From NCBI GenBank assembly GCA_964437985.1, contig CAYTIL010000025.1, forward strand, positions 58,669 to 122,668: DNA of 64,000 nucleotides, given 5' to 3'. Source of the DNA: an uncultured Acidobacteriaceae bacterium. GTDB taxonomy: Bacteria > Acidobacteriota > Terriglobia > Terriglobales > Acidobacteriaceae. The notes under the pieces are model-generated. The model searched no databases. It worked only from the letters and a program-made list of their open reading frames with translations, and was not told the DNA's origin. Numbering within the stretch: position 1 is the first letter of the stretch; every line of letters starts with the position of its first letter. The translations under genes and the position numbers were made by a program. Below, piece after piece: positions 1-8,578 of this stretch.

Positions 1-37
1 TGTAGCCGGTGGAGCCGGTGAGGAAAACAGTCATCAG

Positions 38-165
38 TTCAGTTGCCAGTACCCAGTTGCCAGTGGTCAGTATCCAGATGATCGCAGAGGTACGAACGAA
101 CGCACACTTGCAGATCTTGTTTTTTCTCTGGCAACTGGCAACTGGCAACTGGGTACTGGCAACTG
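38..165. repeat. Long imperfect inverted repeat (arms ~38 nt) built from tandem ttgccag / ctggcaa heptamers around a ~50 nt centre (family F)
   Basis: Left arm cagttgccagtacccagttgccagtggtcagtatccag and right arm ctggcaactggcaactggcaactgggtactggcaactg are reverse complements, read directly in the sequence. It lies 3' of the minus-strand M24 peptidase gene. Confidence 0.6.
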
Positions 166-168
166 CTC

Positions 169-1293
169 TTACCCGTCGCCGCCGCGGTAGAGGCGCCAGG
201 GCACGTCGCAGAGATTCTCGCCTTCGGTCTTGCCCACGCGGAAGGTGTCCTGGGTGTAGAGGCAGACCTTACCGTCCTGGTCCACCACCTGGGGATGGAC
301 GGAGAGCACCATGTTCTCGCGCAGCACCACGTCGCTGTGCGCGCCCACCGCGGGATACTCCAGCATGGTGGTGCCGATGGCGTGACCGGAAAGATGGCCG
401 AGCGAGAAACCGTACTCTTTAAAGACGTCGGTAATCGCGCGGTGGACGCTGGAGGCGAGTTCGCCTTCGCGCAGACGCTTGCGTGCCTCTTCCATGGCGA
501 TGGGGTAGCCCTGCTTCATGCGCTCGGTGACAGGATCCAGCTTGCCCTGAATGATGGCGCGGGAAAATTCCACCCAGTAGCCTTCGGCGTTGGTGATCTC
601 CAGCGAGTAGAGCATGAGGTCGTCAGCGCTCACGCGCCGGTGTCCCGGAACTTTGAAGGAAGCTTCGGCGGTGCCGTGCGTGCCCGAGAGCACGATGTTC
701 ATCATGCGCGGGCCGGCGCCGCGCGCGAAGTAGACCTCGACCGCCGGAGCCAGGATTTCCGCCTCGGTCTTGCCGGGAGCGTAGCTGCCCAGCAGCGCGC
801 GGAAACCCTCGACCACGATGTCCATGGCCTCGCGGACTTCCTTCATCTCCTCTTCGCTCTTCACGGCGCGCGCCATGTCGAAGGCGAAGTCCAAATCCAC
901 CAGCTCCAGGCCGGCGGCCACCAGCGCTTGATAGTCCACCACTGCCATCACGTGCTTGAGGCCGTAGACGCCCAGGCGCTTCCACTTTGTTTCGCGCGCG
1001 CGCTCGGCAATCCACTGCCCCGGAACCGCGGGCCAGACGTGGTCGCGCACCCAGGGCTTGGATTTGTCGCCGATCCAGCGCGCTTCCGCGGGAAACACCA
1101 GCGTCAGTTCGCCCTCCGGAGGCAGGAGCACGTAGGCGTAGCGGTGGACAATCTCGAATCCGGAAACGTAGCGAACCGCTCCCTCAAAACCGGAATACTG
1201 ATTGCCGCACACCAGCAGCGCGTCCACTTTCTCCGCCTGCATGGCGGCGCGGATGGCGGCGTAGCGGCGGGAGATTTCCTGCGGCGAGGGCAT
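169..1293 (-). CDS. M24 family metallopeptidase (Xaa-Pro aminopeptidase/creatinase-like)
   Basis: 374 aa ORF with a creatinase/prolidase N-domain plus the M24 pita-bread catalytic region (HGxGHxxG-like ...SGHAIGTTMLEYP). The long antisense ORF 295..1344 has no recognisable domain. Confidence 0.85.
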   Translation of the reverse strand: MPSPQEISRRYAAIRAAMQAEKVDALLVCGNQYSGFEGAVRYVSGFEIVHRYAYVLLPPEGELTLVFPAEARWIGDKSKPWVRDHVWPAVPGQWIAERARETKWKRLGVYGLKHVMAVVDYQALVAAGLELVDLDFAFDMARAVKSEEEMKEVREAMDIVVEGFRALLGSYAPGKTEAEILAPAVEVYFARGAGPRMMNIVLSGTHGTAEASFKVPGHRRVSADDLMLYSLEITNAEGYWVEFSRAIIQGKLDPVTERMKQGYPIAMEEARKRLREGELASSVHRAITDVFKEYGFSLGHLSGHAIGTTMLEYPAVGAHSDVVLRENMVLSVHPQVVDQDGKVCLYTQDTFRVGKTEGENLCDVPWRLYRGGDG

Positions 1294-1294
1294 G

Positions 1295-2551
1295 CTACTT
1301 CGCTCCGCATAATTCAGCGGCGGTCAGCGCGTAGATCTTGGTGATCTCCAGCAGCGTCTCGATGCGGACTTTCTCGCCTTCCTTGTCGCGCGGGCCGCTG
1401 GAAGGACCGTAGTTCACCGTGGGAACGCCGTAACGAGTGAGCACGGAGGCATCCGAGGACCAGAGCACGGTGTCGCGTTTGGGCGCTGCGCCGGTGATCC
1501 GGCGATGTTGTTTCTCGATGGCCTTCACCATCTCGTGGTCGGGAGCAATTTCGGCCCCGGGGACGGAAACGTAGGTCTCAAACTCCAGGCCGTAGCCGGG
1601 GAAACGCTTCTCCAGGTCAAGGAAAAGCGCCTTGAGTTCGTGACGCGCGTGGTTCATGGGCAGGGTGGGTGGAACGCGCACGTCAAGATAAAGGTCGGTG
1701 CGCTCGGGAGTACGGCTGGCGCGCCAAGGGTGTCCGCCGCGGATGCCGCCCAGGTTCACGAATCCCTGCTTGTTGCCGTAAGCGGTCTTGGCCTGCCAGG
1801 ACGGAATCCACTTGAGGATTTGCGCGATCACGTCGTGCATGCGGCGCAGCGAGTTCTCTGCTTCGCGGCCGGGGCCGAAGGCGGTGTGAACGTACAGCCC
1901 GCGCGTGGAGATGCGCACCCACAGCGAACCATAGTGGCCGAGGACGACTTGCATGTCCGTGGGTTCGCCCAGAATGCACATGTCAGGCACAGTGCCGTGA
2001 TTCACCAGGTAATGCGTGCCGCAGCCGTATCCGCGAAACTCCTTGCCGGTGAACTCACCCACTTGCGTCTTCTCGATTTCGCCGGCGACGGCGGCGATGA
2101 TCACGTCGCCTTCCAGCTTGACGCCGGCGGCCTGCAGCGCGCGCACCGCCTGCGTGTAGCAGACCAGCGCGCCCTTCATGTTGTAGATGCCGAGACCGTA
2201 GATCATGCCGTTCTTGACCACGGCGTGGGGCTTGTAGCCCAGCCCGGTGAGGAAAGGTTCGCGGCCGCTGTTGGAGGTATCCATGTGGCCGTTGAACATC
2301 AGGCAACGGCCGTTGCCTGAGCCGTTCAGCCGACCCACTACATTGGCGCGGCCTTCCTCCACTTCCTGCCATGCGACCTCCAGTCCCATCTGTTCGAAGG
2401 CGGCACGCATGTAGTTGGCCATCTCCAGTTCGGAGCCGGTGGGACTGGGGATGTTGACCACGTCGCAACACATCTCCACCAGAGCGCGCTCGTCAATGTG
2501 CGCGAGGATGCGGTCGGCGAGGGAGGACTTGGGTTTGGGGCGCTTGGACAT
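1295..2551 (-). CDS. M20 family peptidase (ArgE/DapE/acetylornithine deacetylase-like)
   Basis: 418 aa ORF with an M20 metal-binding core (…FNGHMDT…, …GEP(T/S)…), abutting the upstream M24 gene on the same strand. Confidence 0.85.
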   Translation of the reverse strand: MSKRPKPKSSLADRILAHIDERALVEMCCDVVNIPSPTGSELEMANYMRAAFEQMGLEVAWQEVEEGRANVVGRLNGSGNGRCLMFNGHMDTSNSGREPFLTGLGYKPHAVVKNGMIYGLGIYNMKGALVCYTQAVRALQAAGVKLEGDVIIAAVAGEIEKTQVGEFTGKEFRGYGCGTHYLVNHGTVPDMCILGEPTDMQVVLGHYGSLWVRISTRGLYVHTAFGPGREAENSLRRMHDVIAQILKWIPSWQAKTAYGNKQGFVNLGGIRGGHPWRASRTPERTDLYLDVRVPPTLPMNHARHELKALFLDLEKRFPGYGLEFETYVSVPGAEIAPDHEMVKAIEKQHRRITGAAPKRDTVLWSSDASVLTRYGVPTVNYGPSSGPRDKEGEKVRIETLLEITKIYALTAAELCGAK

Positions 2552-2593
2552 GGGCAGATGAGAATCTATATGAGGAGCAGCATTCCATCAACC

Positions 2594-2748
2594 GTCGTCA
2601 TCCTGAGCCCGCCGCAGGCGGGCGAAGGACCTTACGACCGCCGGCCGTGCCGTTGCCGTCCACAGGCAGAATGCTTCAGGCCCGTCATCCTGAGCCCGCC
2701 GCAGGCGGGCGAAGGACCTTACGACTGCCGGCCGTGCCGTTGCCGTCC
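2594..2748 (+). repeat. Two tandem copies (2594..2660, 2683..2748) of the family C element gtcatcctgagcccgccgcaggcgggcgaaggaccttacgac(y)gccggccgtgccgttgccgtcc
   Basis: Near-identical 66 nt units read directly, 89 nt apart, each with an internal hairpin gcccgcc-gcag-gcgggc. They sit immediately 3' of the GIY-YIG ORF, which ends at 2755. The ORF-track entries 2498..2908 and 2647..3090 are translations of these repeats. Confidence 0.8.
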
Positions 2749-2754
2749 GCAGGA

Positions 2755-3063
2755 TTACTTCTTGCGCCGCGCAACCGGTCGAACGTACCAGCCTGTACTG
2801 AGGTCACGCCACTTCGGGTTTACGGATTCGATCAGCGCGATCTTGCGCTCGCGGCGCCAGCCCTTGAGTTCCTTCTCGCGGTCAATGGCGCTCAGCATGC
2901 TGGCATAACGCTCGAAATAGACCAGCTTGTTCGTCTGGTACTTGGCGACGAAGCCCTTGGGCTCAAACTTGTGCTGCCAGACCCGCACCTCCAAATTGCC
3001 GGTGACGCCGAGGTAAAGCACGCGACGCTGGCTGGCCATGATGTAGGCGCAAGAGAACGCCAT
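2755..3063 (-). CDS. GIY-YIG nuclease family protein (small stand-alone YhbQ/UPF0213-like)
   Basis: 102 aa ORF. N-terminal CAYIMASQRRVLYLGVTGNLEVRVWQHK fits the GIY-(x10)-YIG/ LY.GvT.NL.rR..eH motif of the GIY-YIG superfamily. Confidence 0.8.
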   Translation of the reverse strand: MAFSCAYIMASQRRVLYLGVTGNLEVRVWQHKFEPKGFVAKYQTNKLVYFERYASMLSAIDREKELKGWRRERKIALIESVNPKWRDLSTGWYVRPVARRKK

Positions 3064-3100
3064 TGGGTGGTCCTTTCCACCGCATCGTGAGTCTCAACAG

Positions 3101-3157
3101 TCGTAAGATCCTTCGCTCGCTCCGTCGCTGCGCTCCGTCACGGCTCAGGATGACAAT
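3101..3157 (-). repeat. Family C element in inverted orientation (reverse complement ttgtcatcctgagccgtgacggagcgcagcgacggagcgagcgaaggatcttacga)
   Basis: It shares the conserved ends gtcatcctgagc ... cgaaggatcttacga with the copies at 2594/2683 and differs in the internal stem. It lies 40 nt upstream of the GIY-YIG start, so the gene is bracketed by inverted copies. Confidence 0.75.
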
Positions 3158-3177
3158 CGCCTGTGGAAGAGTGCTGT

Positions 3178-4359
3178 TCAGCTCAGCGTGCGGAAGTCGT
3201 CGGGGAAACTGCACAGCTTTTCGTTGCCGTCGCCGGTGATCCAGAAGTTGTCTTCCAGGCGCAGGCCGCCACCGCCTTGCCAGTAGATGCCGGGCTCGAT
3301 GGCCAGTACCATCCCTTTGCGAATCGTGCCGGTGCCGGCCTGGTGGGCGTAGGGAGGCTCGTGCGCGCGGGCGCCGACGCCGTGACACACCGGATGCGAA
3401 GGCTGGCCGGGATAGCCGCCCTCGGCAATGCGGGCGCGGATGAGGCGGTCGAGTTCGGGGAAGCTGGCGCCGTCGCGCGCGAAGGCCACGGCTTCGTTGA
3501 AGACTTTGAGCAGCAGGTCGAGCAACTGGTTGTACCGTGGCGTGAGCTTTCCCGGACACAAGTTTTTAGTGAGGTCGTTCCAGTAGCCGTCCACGCATAC
3601 CCAGATTTCAAACAGCGTGGGTTCGTTCTGCTGGATGGGGCGGTCGCCCGTGGCGGTGAAGGTTGCGATGCCGGGGCCGGACCACACCAAGGTGAAGGCG
3701 CGGGCCATCTCCACTTTGCCCTGGTAGCCGACGCCGACGCCGTGCACGTAGCCCTCAAACATCGCGCCCACTTCGCTTTCCTTCATGCCCACACGCATGT
3801 TCTGGCGAGTGTGCTCCATGGCCAGCGCCGCCAGTTCGTTGGCCAGGCGCATGCGCTCGATTTCCTGATCGGTCTTGATGGCTCGCGCCTCAATGAGCAA
3901 CGGCATGGCGTCCACTACCTGCCCGGCGACTTTCTCGAAAGCCTGGAAGTAAGGCTGGGTGTACACCGTGGGCTCGCCCACCATGCGGTCGGCGGCTTGC
4001 GAAGAGTTGGTGAGCTCGACGCCGACTTTGTCGGTGAGTCCGCGCTCCTTCAGCACCTGAAGCGCGAGGTCGAGCGCGCGCATGTTGGGCGGACGCGGGT
4101 CGCGCTCGTCGTAGCCTTTGAACAGGCGGATGTCGCGCGTCCAGGAGTTGCGCTCGGCGTCGCCAAGCTGCGGCTCAATGGCGATGAGTGTGGGCTCGCC
4201 TTCGCGCGGAAATACCACCGCATCGTATCCCTTCATGCACCAGTAGTTGGTGAGATAGAGGATGTTGTCGGGCGCGCGGCACACCATGGCCGCGAGGTCG
4301 TGCTGCTTCATCAGCGCGCGCACGCGGGAGAGTTTGGTTTCGTCCTTAGGCCACGGCAT
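3178..4359 (-). CDS. M24 family Xaa-Pro aminopeptidase/dipeptidase
   Basis: 393 aa ORF with an M24 catalytic domain (…HGVGVGYQG…, …GMVLAIEPGIY…). It is a second M24 paralog in the window. Confidence 0.85.
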   Translation of the reverse strand: MPWPKDETKLSRVRALMKQHDLAAMVCRAPDNILYLTNYWCMKGYDAVVFPREGEPTLIAIEPQLGDAERNSWTRDIRLFKGYDERDPRPPNMRALDLALQVLKERGLTDKVGVELTNSSQAADRMVGEPTVYTQPYFQAFEKVAGQVVDAMPLLIEARAIKTDQEIERMRLANELAALAMEHTRQNMRVGMKESEVGAMFEGYVHGVGVGYQGKVEMARAFTLVWSGPGIATFTATGDRPIQQNEPTLFEIWVCVDGYWNDLTKNLCPGKLTPRYNQLLDLLLKVFNEAVAFARDGASFPELDRLIRARIAEGGYPGQPSHPVCHGVGARAHEPPYAHQAGTGTIRKGMVLAIEPGIYWQGGGGLRLEDNFWITGDGNEKLCSFPDDFRTLS

Positions 4360-4363
4360 GATC

Positions 4364-4537
4364 AGGTGTCAGGTGTCGGGTGTCCGCGTAGTTTCAAGTT
4401 TCGAGCTTCACGTTTCAAGAGAAAAAGCAAAACCAAGATCCCTCGACTCGCCCGCCACGGCGGGCTTGCTCGGGATGACAATTACGAAGGTGACGTGCTG
4501 ACGACTGACAACTCACAACCGGCAACTGACAACTTTC
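4364..4537. repeat. Composite repeat block: family D (caggtgtcaggtgtcgggtgtc, 4364..4385), tttcaagtttcgag...tttcaagag, family C copy (4435..4481, inverted), family F ctgacgactgacaactcacaaccggcaactgacaac
   Basis: Read directly. The C copy has reverse complement ttgtcatcccgagcaagcccgccgtggcgggcgagtcgagggatctt. The block lies between the two minus-strand genes at 3178..4359 and 4538..5461. Confidence 0.7.
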
Positions 4538-5461
4538 TCATTTCTTCGTCCACGAAACTTCCCTGCCCTTGATCAGCCGGTAGAGCGCCGTGTGCAAGGG
4601 CGCAGGGACGCCGGCGCGGGCGGCTTCGCGGGCGATGGCGCCGCCCAGGAAGTCCACCTCGGTCGCCTGCCGGTGGCGGACATCATAGAGCATGGAGGGC
4701 GGATGGTTGGTGCGCGCGCCAATCTTGTTCATCTCCCAGGGGTCCTCGTGCAACTCGATGCCGAGAGCGGCGGCCACGGCCTTGCCTTCGTTGATCAGAT
4801 CGTGGAGCAGGTGGCCGAGGTCGGAGAATTGTTCCTCCATCGCCGTCTCCGGACAATGCGGCAAGTCAGCGAGCGCGCACACGCTGTTTACCGACGCGTT
4901 AAAGATGAGCTTGGACCACTGCGCGGGACGAGCGTCCGGGAGTGCTTCCGCCTTCAGGCCGCCGGCGATGATCAGGTCGGCCAGCTCTTTCACCAGCGCG
5001 AAAGGCGTATTCGTCGGCTCGAAGGGTCCCATCCAGGTTGGTGTGTCGAGTTCGTACTGCACGTGGGTGTCGTTGTGACGCGTGCCGCTCATGAAGGTGG
5101 TGCCGCGAATCACGTAGCCGCGGGTGTGTTGCGCGATGACTTCTTCACTGCCCAGCCCGTTCTGCGCGGAAAGCACCGCAGCTTTCTCGAACAAGTGACC
5201 GACGGGAGCAAAGGCCTCGGCGGTTTCTCGCGCCTTGGTGGCCACGATGCCAAAGTCGAACTGCGGGAGGTCGGCGGGGCGCGTTGATGCCTTCAGAGAA
5301 ACCTGAAAATCGTGCGTGCCGCTGACGCGCAGGCCGTGCTCATTGAGAGCGCGGGCATGATCTTCGCGGCGGACAAGGGCCCAGACTTCGGCCACGCGCG
5401 CCAAGTGCGCAGCGTACAGGCTGCCGATGGAGCCACAGCCGATGATGCAGATGCGTTTCAT
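4538..5461 (-). CDS. panE: 2-dehydropantoate 2-reductase (ketopantoate reductase)
   Basis: 307 aa ORF with N-terminal Rossmann motif IGCGSIGSLYA and the ApbA/PanE C-terminal domain. Confidence 0.8.
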   Translation of the reverse strand: MKRICIIGCGSIGSLYAAHLARVAEVWALVRREDHARALNEHGLRVSGTHDFQVSLKASTRPADLPQFDFGIVATKARETAEAFAPVGHLFEKAAVLSAQNGLGSEEVIAQHTRGYVIRGTTFMSGTRHNDTHVQYELDTPTWMGPFEPTNTPFALVKELADLIIAGGLKAEALPDARPAQWSKLIFNASVNSVCALADLPHCPETAMEEQFSDLGHLLHDLINEGKAVAAALGIELHEDPWEMNKIGARTNHPPSMLYDVRHRQATEVDFLGGAIAREAARAGVPAPLHTALYRLIKGREVSWTKK

Positions 5462-5483
5462 GAGGGCCAGTAGTCAGTCATTG

Positions 5484-5527
5484 GTCGTTAGTCGTTAGCA
5501 AAAGACCAACGACTAGCGACTAACGAC
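5484..5527. repeat. Hairpin from inverted tcgttag tandem units (gtcgttagtcgttagc-aaaagaccaa-cgactagcgactaacgac) overlapping the coxL stop
   Basis: An 11 bp perfect stem read directly, with no U-tract on either strand, so it is not a canonical intrinsic terminator. Confidence 0.5.
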
Positions 5528-8009
5528 TCTTCTTCGCTCGATGCTCAACCTGCACGCCGCTCTCGCGTTTTCCCGCGGCAACCCCGGCCAGGGCGTGGTA
5601 GAGGCTGTCGGCGGGGTTGTGGGAGTCCTTGATGATGATGCCGCTGGGAAAGAGCGCGTCCTGCAGCGCGGCGCAGATGGTGTGCAGCGGCGCGGCCCCG
5701 CCCTCGCCCATTCCCTTGGCGCCGTTGTAGGTGAAGGGCGAAGGGCTCTCAATGTGTCCGTACTTCACGTTGGGCATGTTGACGATGGTGATGGGCGTGT
5801 AGTCGCTGAACGTCGAAGTGAGCATGTTGCCGGCGTCGTCGTAAACGCAGCTCTCCATGATGGCGGCGCCGATGCCGTGCGCAGTGGCGCCCATCACCTG
5901 GCCCTTCACGATGGCGGGATTGATGGCGCGGCCGCAGTCGTCCACGGCCACGTAGTCGAGCACTTTCGGTTGGCAGGTTTCGCGGTCCACTTCGACCACC
6001 GCAATGTGAAGCTGCGCCGAGTAAGTGAGCGTCAAGTTGCCGTACTTGCGCTTCAGGTCGGGCACCTGGAAGGGCGGACGGTACACGTAGCGGCAGTTGA
6101 AGGTGACGTTGCGCAGTCTCTGTGGAAGCTCGGCGCCGTTTACGTTCACCAGGTTGGCCAGCGCCCAGTAGTTGATGGAGCGCGGCTTCCCTTTGACGCG
6201 AACCTCCGGGCCTTGCGCGCCCATACCGAACTCGAGCTGGCTTTCTTTGGCCTTGAGTGAGAAAGCGGCCACGCGCTTGATTTCCGCCTTGAGCATCTGC
6301 GCGGCGCCGTTGACGGCGGAAAGCCCGGAGACCACGAACTGGCTGGCGTAGGTGCCGGAGGTTCCGGTGTGGGCGTTGCGCTCGGTGTCGAACCCGACGC
6401 GCACGTTCACAGTATCGGGCGTAACTCCGAAGACGTCGGCCACCACCTGGGCGGTGGTGGTTTCGTGTCCCTGACCCTGAGGCACGCTGCCCACGGCCAC
6501 CACCAGTTCGCCGTAAATGTCGAGCTTGACGATGGCGGCCTGCGAGTTTCCGGAGAAGGGCAGGTGCGGATTGATGAGGCGCGACTGTCCGAAGTTGTTG
6601 GTGCCGGAGTCGAGCGTAGTGCCGATACCGATGCCCAGGCGGCGTCCTTGGCGGCGCGCTTCCACCTGCTTTTTCTTCCAGTCGTCCCAGCCGATGAGCT
6701 CCTGCGCCAGTTCGAGCATGCGCGGGTAATCGCCGGAGTCGTACACGCAGCCGTTGGGCGTGGTGTAAGGAAAATCCTGCGGGCGGATGTAGTTGCGGCG
6801 GCGCATTTCGTCGGCGGGAATGCCGAGCTGGTGGGCGCAGATGTCCACCACCCGCTCCAGGAACCAGAGCTGCTGCATGCGCGAGTAGCCGCGGTTGGGC
6901 CCGACGGGACACTTGTTGCTCACCACCTGGGTGAAATCCAGACGGAAGTTGCGGAAGCGGTAGGCGCCGGGCAGCACCTGCGCCCAGATGATGCATCCCA
7001 GCGGCTCGTAGCGCGGGTAGGCGCCGCAGTTGTCGAGATGGCGGGAGTCGATGGCGAGGATGCGGCCGTCCTTGTCGAGCGCGACGCGCGTATCCAGGAA
7101 GGTGCGCTCGTTGCCGTGCGCGCTCGAGGTCATGTGTTCGGAGCGCGTCTCCACCCACTTCACCGGCCGCCCACCGGCTTTGCGCGAAGCCAGCGCGCAC
7201 ACCGCCATCTGCGGATAGCTGGTGATCTTGATGCCGAAACCGCCGCCGATGTCGTGCGTCTCCACGCGGATGCGGTCCAGGGGAATGCCCAGCGCCGGCG
7301 ACAGGAACTGCATGGCGAAGGTGGGGAACTGGTTGTTGCACCAGTAGTGGAGAACGTTCTCGGTGGTGTTCCACTGCGCGATGATGGCGTTGCCTTCTAG
7401 TGGCGCCGAGGAGAAGCGGTGAAAGTGCATGCGGTCAATGCTGACCACATGGGCCGCATCCCGGAACGCCTTGTCCACTTTGCCGTACTCGAACTTGCCT
7501 TGCCAGACCACGTTGGTGCCCGAGGAGGCGTGCAGGATGCTCTGATCCTTGAGCGCGTCGGCCGCGTCCAGCACCGGGTCGAGGGCCTCGTAGTCCACGC
7601 GCACCAGTTCGGCCGCGTCTTCCGCGGCGAGTAGCGACTCGGCGACCACTGCGGCCACCGGCTCGCCCTGGTAGCGCACCTTGTCCGCGCCCATGGGGTA
7701 GTCCACAATCTTGCCGCCGGGCGGCGGGCCAATCTCGATGAAGGGCTTCACCATGGCCGCCACTTCCGTGCCGGCGAGCGTGCACACCACGCCGGGCTGG
7801 GCCGCGGCTTCCGCAACGTCCACGCTCAGGACGCGGGCGTGCGCGTAGGGGCTGCGCACGAAGCGCAGATGCAACATGCCCTGGAGCTTGTAGTCGTCCA
7901 CAAAACGGCCCTGCCCGCGCACCAGGCGCGCTTCTTCCTTGCGCAGCACGGACTGGCCCACCCAGAGGGGCGGGCCGTTCGTGGACTTCTTCGGTTTGCG
8001 TTTCGCAGC
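5520..8009 (-). CDS. Xanthine dehydrogenase family molybdopterin-binding large subunit (CoxL/aldehyde oxidase-like)
   Basis: It carries the GQSVLRKEEARLVRG N-terminal motif and GGGFGIK-type Mo-cofactor regions. The ORF track extends to 8108 from a TTG, but that extension translates the REP palindrome at 8050..8072. The true start is probably the GTG at 8007..8009 (VAAKRK...), which is uncertain. Confidence 0.85.
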   Translation of the reverse strand, partial: AAKRKPKKSTNGPPLWVGQSVLRKEEARLVRGQGRFVDDYKLQGMLHLRFVRSPYAHARVLSVDVAEAAAQPGVVCTLAGTEVAAMVKPFIEIGPPPGGKIVDYPMGADKVRYQGEPVAAVVAESLLAAEDAAELVRVDYEALDPVLDAADALKDQSILHASSGTNVVWQGKFEYGKVDKAFRDAAHVVSIDRMHFHRFSSAPLEGNAIIAQWNTTENVLHYWCNNQFPTFAMQFLSPALGIPLDRIRVETHDIGGGFGIKITSYPQMAVCALASRKAGGRPVKWVETRSEHMTSSAHGNERTFLDTRVALDKDGRILAIDSRHLDNCGAYPRYEPLGCIIWAQVLPGAYRFRNFRLDFTQVVSNKCPVGPNRGYSRMQQLWFLERVVDICAHQLGIPADEMRRRNYIRPQDFPYTTPNGCVYDSGDYPRMLELAQELIGWDDWKKKQVEARRQGRRLGIGIGTTLDSGTNNFGQSRLINPHLPFSGNSQAAIVKLDIYGELVVAVGSVPQGQGHETTTAQVVADVFGVTPDTVNVRVGFDTERNAHTGTSGTYASQFVVSGLSAVNGAAQMLKAEIKRVAAFSLKAKESQLEFGMGAQGPEVRVKGKPRSINYWALANLVNVNGAELPQRLRNVTFNCRYVYRPPFQVPDLKRKYGNLTLTYSAQLHIAVVEVDRETCQPKVLDYVAVDDCGRAINPAIVKGQVMGATAHGIGAAIMESCVYDDAGNMLTSTFSDYTPITIVNMPNVKYGHIESPSPFTYNGAKGMGEGGAAPLHTICAALQDALFPSGIIIKDSHNPADSLYHALAGVAAGKRESGVQVEHRAKKSR

Positions 8010-8049
8010 CACGGTGTTTTGGTTTCTGGTTTTTCGTTTTTCGTTTTTC

Positions 8050-8072
8050 GTAGAGACGCAGCATGCTGCGTC
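8050..8072. repeat. REP-like family A: gtagagacgcagcatgctgcgtc (GTAG head + palindrome)
   Basis: It contains the perfect palindrome gacgcagcatgctgcgtc. A related gagacgtggcaagcaacgtct lies at 8092..8112. Confidence 0.65.
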
Positions 8073-8136
8073 CTGAACGGTCTCACTATCCCGAGACGTG
8101 GCAAGCAACGTCTTTACGAGCAGGCATCCACAGGTC

Positions 8137-8577
8137 TCAACTCAGCGCTTTCTGCAAACCATCAATCAGTTTCTGGACGTTTTTTTTCGCCAGCGGTTCG
8201 AGCAGGCCGCCGGCCACGGACGCCAGTCGTCCGAAGATCTGGGCTTCGCCCTTCCAGGAAACGCGGGTGCCGGCGCCGGCGGGTGCGAGGTCAAAGCCGG
8301 CGGTGAGGCTCATCGAGCCTCCGGCCATGCTTCCCTTCCCCTGGTACTGGGCGCGGCGGGGGCGGTCGGCCTCGGCCAGGCGCAGGGTCACGTCGGCAGC
8401 GCCGCGGATGTGCGAAATGCCCACCTTCACCTTCACCGCAAAATTCCTGTCGTCCACCACGGTCATGCTCTGGTAGTCGGGCAGCAGCGGACAGAATCGG
8501 TTGGGGTCGGTGAGGAAGTCGTAGACCTCCGCCGGCGTCTTGCTGACCTCGAACTCGCCTCCAAAACTGATGGCCAT
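8137..8577 (-). CDS. SRPBCC family protein, CoxG-like (carbon monoxide dehydrogenase subunit G family)
   Basis: 146 aa ORF with the CoxG/SRPBCC fold signature, sitting between the small and large XDH-family subunits. Confidence 0.7.
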   Translation of the reverse strand: MAISFGGEFEVSKTPAEVYDFLTDPNRFCPLLPDYQSMTVVDDRNFAVKVKVGISHIRGAADVTLRLAEADRPRRAQYQGKGSMAGGSMSLTAGFDLAPAGAGTRVSWKGEAQIFGRLASVAGGLLEPLAKKNVQKLIDGLQKALS

Positions 8578-8578
8578 G

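Noticed and set aside
295-1344. 349 aa plus-strand ORF overlapping the M24 peptidase gene
   Set aside because: It is antisense to a gene with clear M24 homology. Its product is Ala/Arg/Gly-rich with no domain signature, the typical high-GC antisense artefact.
2594-2748. Possible CRISPR array (two identical 66 nt direct repeats with a 22 nt spacer)
   Set aside because: There are only two units. The repeat is twice the length of CRISPR repeats, the spacer is shorter than the repeat, there is no leader or cas genes, and the same unit recurs singly and inverted elsewhere. It is a dispersed repeat family, not CRISPR.
2498-3090. ORF-track CDSs 2498..2908 (136 aa) and 2647..3090 (147 aa)
   Set aside because: They are translations running through the tandem family C repeats and antisense to the GIY-YIG gene. 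The duplicated peptide (…VILSPPQAGEGPYD(R/C)RPCRCRPQ…) is just the repeat read twice.
5484-5527. Hairpin after coxL as an intrinsic terminator
   Set aside because: The stem is good but there is no U-tract on either strand. It is built from tcgttag tandem units like the other repeat families. It was kept as a repeat, not called a terminator.
5749-7374. 541 aa minus-strand ORF in an alternative frame within coxL
   Set aside because: Low-complexity Arg/Pro/Gly-rich translation. The overlapping frame carries the genuine XDH-family large-subunit motifs.
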